Below are positions 18,135 through 24,000 of a stretch of DNA of 24,000 nucleotides, piece after piece. The notes beneath the pieces are model-generated. The model made no database searches. It was not told where the DNA came from and saw nothing but the letters and a program-made list of their open reading frames with translations. The position numbers and the translations under genes were made by a program. The DNA lies in the NCBI GenBank assembly GCA_049860595.1, contig CP187551.1; one strand, given 5' to 3'. Numbering within the stretch: the first letter of the stretch is position 1; each line of letters starts with the position of its first letter. This DNA is from Methanocaldococcus sp. 16A. Its GTDB lineage: Archaea; AGJL01; Methanococci; Methanococcales; Methanocaldococcaceae.

Positions 18135-19439
18135 ATGAATTTTTTGATTCAGCAAAGAAAGAAAGATAGTGAAAAAAATTTGAAAGAAAAATTAAAAAGA
18201 TATAGAAAAAAATTGAGAGACAGTAGAATTAAAGAAAAGTTAAAAGAAATGCCATTAAACATGAATAAATACTTAACTGACATTTATACTGGAGGAATTA
18301 TTAAAAAATATCCAGAGGATTTTGTTGTTGAGGAAATTACACCAGAAGGTATTATTTTAGAAGTTGGAAAAAGTATAGAGTTTAAAGATGTTGAAAATTG
18401 GAAAGGAAATTATATTCATTTCACTTTAGAGAAGAGAAATTGGACGACCTTAGATGCTATTAGAGAAATAGCTAATAGAGTAGGAAAGCAAAGAAAACAT
18501 TTTGGATTTGCTGGAAATAAAGATAAATATGCAATAACTACTCAAAGAGTAGGATGTTTCAATGTAAAATTAGAAGATTTAATGAATGTTAAGATTAAGG
18601 GCATTATATTGAGAGACTTCCAAAAAACAAATAGAAAAATAAGGTTAGGGGATTTGTGGGGGAATAGATTCACTATAAGAGTTAGAAATCCAAAACTTAA
18701 AGGAAAAGAGTTAGAGGAGATTTTAAATAAGTTATGTAAGTTGAAATATTTCCTAAATTACTATGGTGTTCAAAGATTTGGGACTACAAGACCAATAACT
18801 CATATTGTAGGTAGGTTTATTATAGAGAGGGATTGGGAAGCTGCCTTTCATGCATATTGTGGAACTCCTCTCCCTTATGATGATGAAAAATCAAAATTAG
18901 CAAGAGAGTTGGTTGATGAAGAAAACTTTAAAGAAGCATATAAAAAATTTCCAAAGGCATTCTTTTATGAAAGAAGGATGATTAAAGCTTATATAGAAAC
19001 TGGGAGCTATCAGAAGGCGTTTATGATTCTTCCACCATATTTAAGATGTATGTTTATAAATGCCTATCAATCATATTTATTCAATGAGATAATTAATAGA
19101 AGGTTTGAGTATGGTTTTGAACCAATGGAAGGGGATATTTTGATTGATAATATTCCAACTGGGGCATTATTTGGTTATAAAACAAAATTTGCTTCTGGGA
19201 TACAGGGAGAGATTGAGAGAGAAATTTATGAAAGAGAGGGATTAAAACCAGAAGATTTTAAGATTGGTAAGTTTGGTTCATTTATTGGAGATAGAAGAAA
19301 ACTTATTGAAAAAATATACAATATGAAATATTGGATTGAGACAGATAGTTATGTTTTACAGTTCTGTTTAAAAAAAGGAAATTATGCAACTTCAGTTTTA
19401 AGAGAGTTTATAGAAGATAAAAATAAAAAAGATGAATAA
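18135..19439 (+). CDS. truD: tRNA pseudouridine synthase TruD (Pus7 family)
   Basis: PEDFVVEE near the N-terminus, FGFAGNKDKYAITTQ (catalytic Asp motif), NYYGVQRFG and NAYQSYLFN. AAGGTGG precedes ATG 18135. The K/R-rich first ~38 aa may be an extension, with an alternative start at ATG 18249. Confidence 0.9.
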   Translation: MNFLIQQRKKDSEKNLKEKLKRYRKKLRDSRIKEKLKEMPLNMNKYLTDIYTGGIIKKYPEDFVVEEITPEGIILEVGKSIEFKDVENWKGNYIHFTLEKRNWTTLDAIREIANRVGKQRKHFGFAGNKDKYAITTQRVGCFNVKLEDLMNVKIKGIILRDFQKTNRKIRLGDLWGNRFTIRVRNPKLKGKELEEILNKLCKLKYFLNYYGVQRFGTTRPITHIVGRFIIERDWEAAFHAYCGTPLPYDDEKSKLARELVDEENFKEAYKKFPKAFFYERRMIKAYIETGSYQKAFMILPPYLRCMFINAYQSYLFNEIINRRFEYGFEPMEGDILIDNIPTGALFGYKTKFASGIQGEIEREIYEREGLKPEDFKIGKFGSFIGDRRKLIEKIYNMKYWIETDSYVLQFCLKKGNYATSVLREFIEDKNKKDE

Positions 19440-19442
19440 CTT

Positions 19443-19937
19443 TTATTTTTTAATTTTAATGAAATCACCTAAGGTAAAGCCATTGTCATCTCCACTACCA
19501 TAATATGTACTCTCTTCCCCAACATTCTCAGTTAAAGTAATTTTTAACTCTTTCTCTAATAATTTAATTTCTTTTTCATTTGGCTCTAATTCATACCTTT
19601 CAAATTTTTGTAATGTAGAGGCTTTCATCTTAAGTTTTTTTGCAAGGTCTTCAATTGTTAAACCTCTTTTCTCTCTAGCTTCTCTAATAACATCACCATA
19701 ATCTTCTCTCAACATTGGTAAGGTATCAAAGATATCTCTTTTTCTTTTTTTAACAGGTTTATTAGTAGATGATATTGAACTTCTTCCAATTATTGTAGTT
19801 TTTTTACCAAATCTTGAATATGTTTTTGGACTTTTTCCAAATTTAGCACATTCTTTACAAACTTGCATTTCAGAACCTTCAATCATTACCTTGTAAAGCT
19901 TATCTGTAAGCTTTCCGCACAATTCACACATTTTCAT
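19443..19937 (-). CDS. mbf1: Archaeal MBF1-type transcription factor (N-terminal zinc ribbon plus Cro/C1 HTH)
   Basis: CELCG...CKECAKFG zinc ribbon and an HTH region [32 protein letters not shown]. The track start at 19952 is TTG. ATG 19937 follows GAGGGA. Confidence 0.85.
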   Translation of the reverse strand: MKMCELCGKLTDKLYKVMIEGSEMQVCKECAKFGKSPKTYSRFGKKTTIIGRSSISSTNKPVKKRKRDIFDTLPMLREDYGDVIREAREKRGLTIEDLAKKLKMKASTLQKFERYELEPNEKEIKLLEKELKITLTENVGEESTYYGSGDDNGFTLGDFIKIKK

Positions 19938-20035
19938 AATACTATCCCTCAAAAATGTAATAACATTTATATATTATGGAGTTCATTTATAATTTTATTA
20001 AATAATTTTAGTTATATATTGGTTGTGGTGAAATT

Positions 20036-20206
20036 ATGGAAAGAGAAAAGTTAATAAAAAAACTTCTTCACACATTGCACCATACAGAAGAGCATTTTGA
20101 AGCAATAATAAACCAATTAAAAGAACTCGGCTTAGAAACTAAGGAGTATGAAGAGCTATACAATAAATTAAAAGAGTTAAATGAAAATATTAAGAAAAAT
20201 CTATAA
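20036..20206 (+). CDS. Possible small helical protein (56 aa); not in the ORF track
   Basis: MEREKLIKKLLHTLHHTEEHFEAIINQLKELGLETKEYEELYNKLKELNENIKKNL. GGTGGTGA Shine-Dalgarno 5 nt upstream of the ATG. No family recognised. Confidence 0.4.
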   Translation: MEREKLIKKLLHTLHHTEEHFEAIINQLKELGLETKEYEELYNKLKELNENIKKNL

Positions 20207-20216
20207 AATAAATTAA

Positions 20217-21311
20217 TTATCCAAGAATTATTCCTGCAATATAACCACAAATTGTTGAAAATATTACAACTAAAGCTAAATAAGTTGCTGCCTTGGTTTT
20301 TCCTAATATCTTTGAGATTGTTAAAACTGTAGGAATACTTAAGCTTGGTCCTGCTAATAATAAAGCCATTGCCGGACCAACACCCATACCAAGTTCCATT
20401 AGAGCTTTTATAATTGGAACTTCTGTTAATGTGGCAAAATACATTAAAGCCCCAATGAATGAAGCTATGAAATTAGCTTGTAAAGAGTTTCCTCCAACGT
20501 AATTGGCTATGTAGCTTGGTGGGATAATAGCTTTAATAACTCCTGCTATAGCAACCCCAATAATTAGCAGTGGGAATACTATTTTTAATAAAACAAATGT
20601 TTCTCTAAGCCAACTTTCAATTTCATCTTTTTTAAACCACATTTTTGTTGTTATAGCTAAGATAATCCCAAGTATTATAAATAGTAAATGTTTTAGTAAA
20701 AATCCATCATATAATGGCATTGATAATGTTGGAAACAGCTTAGGTGAAGCAGTTATCACAAGTAGCATAATAAATTGCAGTGCAAAGAATATTATTGTTT
20801 GATATAAAGGTCTATTTGATATTTTATCTGCTTTTATGTTTAATTTTCTTCTCTTTTCTTCTTTTCTAAATATCATCTCCATTGATAAACCTATAAATAT
20901 TGAAACAATTATAGCAAACACTGCTCTTAAAAATCCAATATCCCATCCAAGTAATGCCGCTGAATAAAATATTGCCAAAACATTAATTGCTGGACCAGAG
21001 AATAAAAATGTTGTTGCCGGTCCTATTCCTGCTCCTCTTTTGTATATACTGGCAAACAATGGAAGAATTGTGCAAGAACAAACAGCTAATAGAGTTCCAC
21101 TGATAGCAGCAACACTATAAGATATATACTTTGGTGTGTTTGAACCAAAATACTTTATAATAAAGTTTTTGTTAATCATTGATGCAATACCTCCAGCCAT
21201 GAAAAAGGCTGTTAATAATGCTAAAACTCTATTTATGCTTAAATAATCAATAATTGTGTTTATCATAACGTTAATAATGTGAATTATAAAACTTGTGGCA
21301 TCCATTTTCAT
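20217..21311 (-). CDS. Permease of the COG0701/DUF318 (ArsP-like) family
   Basis: Polytopic membrane protein of 364 aa with the family-typical LAVCSCTILPLF motif and two homologous halves. Confidence 0.85.
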   Translation of the reverse strand: MKMDATSFIIHIINVMINTIIDYLSINRVLALLTAFFMAGGIASMINKNFIIKYFGSNTPKYISYSVAAISGTLLAVCSCTILPLFASIYKRGAGIGPATTFLFSGPAINVLAIFYSAALLGWDIGFLRAVFAIIVSIFIGLSMEMIFRKEEKRRKLNIKADKISNRPLYQTIIFFALQFIMLLVITASPKLFPTLSMPLYDGFLLKHLLFIILGIILAITTKMWFKKDEIESWLRETFVLLKIVFPLLIIGVAIAGVIKAIIPPSYIANYVGGNSLQANFIASFIGALMYFATLTEVPIIKALMELGMGVGPAMALLLAGPSLSIPTVLTISKILGKTKAATYLALVVIFSTICGYIAGIILG

Positions 21312-21481
21312 CCCCTCTTGATTCTTCTCCTTCCTTTTAGTGAATTTATATCATAGGTCATTTTTTCTCCACAATCTGGACAGTTTGGAAGTTCCACCTC
21401 TGATGCCATGCATGGGCAGACATCTACTTTGTATCTCATTCTTTTTCCACACTTTGGACAGATTAAGTTCCAGACAATCAT
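21308..21481 (-). CDS. Small zinc-ribbon protein (57 aa) translationally coupled to the permease; not in the ORF track
   Basis: MIVWNLICPKCGKRMRYKVDVCPCMASEVELPNCPDCGEKMTYDINSLKGRRRIKRG, with CPKCG...CPC...CPDCG motifs. Its TGA overlaps the permease ATG (ATGA at 21308-21311). Confidence 0.6.
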   Translation of the reverse strand: MIVWNLICPKCGKRMRYKVDVCPCMASEVELPNCPDCGEKMTYDINSLKGRRRIKRG

Positions 21482-21568
21482 CTTCTCACCATAAATCTAC
21501 ATATTTAACTTAATTAATTAAAATATCTATAAAAATAAGAATTTAAATGAGTAATCTTCTAATCATTC

Positions 21569-21817
21569 TTATTTACCCTCCAAATAACTTTTTAACTCTT
21601 CTTTAATTTCTTCAACAGATGGAATTTTACCTTCAAAAACAACTACATCATCAAACGCAACTCCTGGAGCTACAAAAATCCACTCTGCTATTTCATTTAT
21701 ATCAGTAACTTTAACAATCTCTGCATCTATGCCAAGTTCTTCAACTGCCTTTTTAACATTTTCATAGGTTTGATTGCATTTTGGACAACCGGTTCCAAAC
21801 ACTCTTATCACTACCAT
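21569..21817 (-). CDS. Thioredoxin-fold 'redox-active disulfide protein 2'-type small protein
   Basis: 82 aa. The CPKC active site lies in the MVVIRVFGTGCPKCNQ context typical of the small glutaredoxin-like thioredoxins often found next to COG0701 permeases. Confidence 0.85.
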   Translation of the reverse strand: MVVIRVFGTGCPKCNQTYENVKKAVEELGIDAEIVKVTDINEIAEWIFVAPGVAFDDVVVFEGKIPSVEEIKEELKSYLEGK

Positions 21818-21898
21818 ATTGTTCCACCGAAATTTAATAGGAAATAACTAATATTTATAGATAATTTTTGATTTGGTTTATATATTTTAATTTTACAA

Positions 21899-22372
21899 CT
21901 AACCCCTCTTCACTATCAAAACTGGTTTGTCTGATTTTTTAATAACATTTTCAGTAACTGAACCAAGCAAGATGTCTTTTAAGTTGGTTTTTCCATGAGA
22001 GCCCATTATAATCACATCAACATTTTCTTCTTCTGCAATTTCAACAATTTTTTCATGTGGATTTCCTACAATAACAATGTCTTTAACTTTAAATCCAATG
22101 TCTTCAAGTTCTTTTTTAATTTTTTCCATTTTGTCTTTTGCTTCTTCACTAAGTTTCTTTTTTAATTCATTTTCTAACTCTTCTATTGATTTGTTCAATC
22201 CAGCAACACCCAATATCAAGGAGAATATATCTTTCTTTTTAATATCGTTCTCATCTATAATATGCAGTAAAATAACCTCCTCCCCCCCAAGGTTTTTAAA
22301 TGCTTTGACATGCTTTAATACCATCTCAGCCACTTCAGAAAAGTCTGTTGGATATAGAATTTTTTTATACAT
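21899..22372 (-). CDS. usp: Universal stress protein (UspA family, ATP-binding MJ0577 type)
   Basis: MYKKILYPTDFSE N-terminus and the C-terminal ATP-binding motif IIMGSHGKTNLKDILLGSVTENVIKKSDKPVLIV (G-2x-G-9x-G-S/T). Confidence 0.9.
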   Translation of the reverse strand: MYKKILYPTDFSEVAEMVLKHVKAFKNLGGEEVILLHIIDENDIKKKDIFSLILGVAGLNKSIEELENELKKKLSEEAKDKMEKIKKELEDIGFKVKDIVIVGNPHEKIVEIAEEENVDVIIMGSHGKTNLKDILLGSVTENVIKKSDKPVLIVKRG

Positions 22373-22452
22373 CTGCTTTCACCCAAATTTGATTGAATCA
22401 TATTTAAAATTATTATTCCATCTATATTATAATTTTTACTATATTTATTTTA

Positions 22453-23147
22453 GAGACTGTCAAGATAAAGATTAAATAAATATGTGTAAATAAAGGAAGA
22501 TATGAAACTTACGATAGAAATGTTAAAGGAAGGGATTAAGAAGATAGTTAAAAGGAATAAGAAGTCGATAGAGATTAAAATTTTAGCTGGAATTTTGTAT
22601 TATTTAGGATTATCGTTAAGAAAGGTTAGTTTGTTTCTTTCTCAATTTGAAAGTATAAGTCATGAATCGGTTAGAACATATTATCACAAGATTAAGGAGA
22701 TTTTAAACGAGCCTGAAAGAAAGACAAGAAACCTAATAGCAATCGATGAAACTAAACTAAAGATTGGAAATGAAACTATTTATGTATGGTCTGCTATCGA
22801 TGTGGGTTCTAAAGAATGTTTAGGTATCTATGTCTCTAAAACAAGATGCTACCTCGATACAATCTTATTCGTAAAAAATATATTAAAATTTTGCTCGAAT
22901 AAACCAAAGATTTTAGTCGATGGTGGCAAATGGTATCCGTGGGCACTGCAAAGATTAGGACTAAAATTCGAAAGAGTTCGATTCGGTTTAAGAAATTGTG
23001 TCGAAAGTTTCTTTTCCCTACTCAAACGAAGAACTAAATCTTTCTATAATCGATTCCCAAGTAATACTAAATTCTCAACCGTCATTAGCTGGCTCGTATC
23101 TTTCTCCTCTTTCTATAACTTCTTTCTCTCCTTATCTTGACATCGTC
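22453..23147 (+). mobile_element. IS6-family insertion sequence (~695 bp) with terminal inverted repeats and a 9-bp target-site duplication
   Basis: IRL is GAGACTGTCAAGATAAAG (22453-22470). The reverse complement of IRR (23130-23147) is GACGATGTCAAGATAAGG. They match at 14 of 18 positions, with a perfect TGTCAAGATAA core. An identical TTTATTTTA lies immediately outside both ends (22444-22452 and 23148-23156). One transposase ORF ends inside IRR. Confidence 0.8.
22502..23140 (+). CDS. tnp: IS6-family DDE transposase
   Basis: An N-terminal HTH-like region is followed by the DDE triad contexts [19 protein letters not shown] and [13 protein letters not shown]. 212 aa, matching the size and layout of IS6/IS26-type transposases. 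Confidence 0.85.
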   Translation: MKLTIEMLKEGIKKIVKRNKKSIEIKILAGILYYLGLSLRKVSLFLSQFESISHESVRTYYHKIKEILNEPERKTRNLIAIDETKLKIGNETIYVWSAIDVGSKECLGIYVSKTRCYLDTILFVKNILKFCSNKPKILVDGGKWYPWALQRLGLKFERVRFGLRNCVESFFSLLKRRTKSFYNRFPSNTKFSTVISWLVSFSSFYNFFLSLS

Positions 23148-23211
23148 TTTATTTTAATACAAAAGAGAAAAATTAATCAAAAAATTGAAATTTTAATATT
23201 AAACAAAATTG

Positions 23212-23586
23212 TTAAATTAGATTATGATTTTTTAAGGTTTCTTTAGCTTTTAATAAAATTTTATGATTTTTAATGATATTTTGCATATAATCTCTTCCTG
23301 GAAACTCTAAAGCATCAACTGGACAGAGTGTTTTGCAAGTTGTGCATGCAACAACACAATTGTAAGGTCTTGCTACAACAGGTTTTTTCTTTTCTTTATC
23401 CCAATCAAATACAATTCTATTTGCACATGTTATAAAGCACACTCCACAACCTATACATTTATCATAATTTATTTTTGGATACCATTCTATTTCTTTTCTG
23501 TCTATTCCCCACCATGGTTTTTTGCTCCAATCCTTTATTGTTCTACCCAATGCATCTTTTCCTATTACTGGAAGTTCTTCACTCAT
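23212..23586 (-). CDS. Ferredoxin-domain protein, 2x[4Fe-4S]
   Basis: Two cluster motifs: CIGCGVCFITC and CVVACTTCKTLCP. 124 aa. Confidence 0.8.
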   Translation of the reverse strand: MSEELPVIGKDALGRTIKDWSKKPWWGIDRKEIEWYPKINYDKCIGCGVCFITCANRIVFDWDKEKKKPVVARPYNCVVACTTCKTLCPVDALEFPGRDYMQNIIKNHKILLKAKETLKNHNLI

Positions 23587-23691
23587 AAAATCACCATATT
23601 AAATTTTTATGGTATGGTTTATTGTAATACCTATATTTATAGTTTTCGATTAATTAATGTATTTTGATATTTTTTAAGAATATTTAAATAT

Positions 23692-24000
23692 TTAAATAAA
23701 AATTATACCTTTCAATATAGCCTCTTTATGTATTTTTAAAGCCTTCTGCTTTTTACAATCCCCTCTAAAAATTTTTATCTTTCCAGCAACACATGGATAT
23801 CTTTGAATTAACATGGCTGATTTTTTGCTGAACTCTTCAATATCACCAACTTCCATTCCTTTCATCAACTTAGCCATGAATAGGGTTGAGCCACAGATTG
23901 ATGTTCTTAAAACCTCCACATTTTCAACTTTGTTGTCTTTAACATAAACTTTAACCTTTGGACTTCCAAATTCATCTAAAAATTCTTTTAATTTTGGATA
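23692..24000 (-). CDS. Hypothetical protein, 3' part of a gene entering from the right edge
   Basis: The minus-strand frame is open from base 24000 ([38 protein letters not shown]...) to the stop at 23692. The track start at 23919 is an internal GTG. Confidence 0.5.
   Translation of the reverse strand, partial: YPKLKEFLDEFGSPKVKVYVKDNKVENVEVLRTSICGSTLFMAKLMKGMEVGDIEEFSKKSAMLIQRYPCVAGKIKIFRGDCKKQKALKIHKEAILKGIIFI

Noticed and set aside
19863-20502. ORFs 19863-20054 (+), 20068-20250 (-) and 20293-20502 (+)
   Set aside because: They overlap mbf1, the Shine-Dalgarno-supported 56-aa ORF and the permease respectively, on the opposite strand. None has supporting motifs.
22077-22475. Plus-strand ORF of 132 aa antisense to usp
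   Set aside because: The usp gene on the minus strand has a clear UspA ATP-binding motif. The antisense translation is S/F-rich and low in complexity.
22998-23246. Plus-strand 82-aa ORF overlapping the 3' end of the transposase and running out of the IS
   Set aside because: It is out of frame with the transposase and crosses the IS right end into flanking DNA. There is no Shine-Dalgarno motif, and I see no evidence of programmed frameshifting such as a slippery heptamer.

Overview
This is AT-rich archaeal DNA of the Methanococcales type. Gene content and order resemble what I recall of the Methanocaldococcus jannaschii MJ0577-MJ0608 region; that comparison is from memory and unchecked. Most of the window is housekeeping. 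It holds family II pyrophosphatase, HemL, Thi4 and a radical-SAM gene. It also holds the archaeal 'superoperon' remnant LX-Pcc1-Brix-RpoP-L37Ae-SBDS-PsmA, plus ADP-forming acetyl-CoA synthetase, TruD, MBF1, a thioredoxin-like/permease operon and a universal stress protein. Several features are absent from the ORF track. (1) A HesB/IscA-like selenoprotein gene (13426-13713) has an in-frame TGA and a textbook archaeal SECIS hairpin overlapping its stop codon. (2) A GC-rich segment of about 150 nt (271-423, minus strand) folds as a two-hairpin H/ACA guide sRNA. (3) Small CDSs are unlisted: RpoP, a C2H2 zinc-finger micro-protein behind an anti-SD hairpin, and a zinc-ribbon ORF coupled to the permease by an ATGA overlap. 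(4) Two ~95-bp palindromic MITE/MJRE-like repeats and a 17-bp inverted pair of their end sequence are present. (5) An IS6-family insertion sequence has inverted repeats and an intact 9-bp target duplication. The best candidate for an accessory or novel system is the very AT-rich hemL-thi4 interval. It carries a 948-aa OLD-family (ABC-type ATPase plus Toprim) nuclease with large extra insertions and no helicase partner. That gene is divergently paired with a 261-aa protein built from three tandem ~85-aa repeats of unknown function. I found no rRNA, tRNA or CRISPR array.
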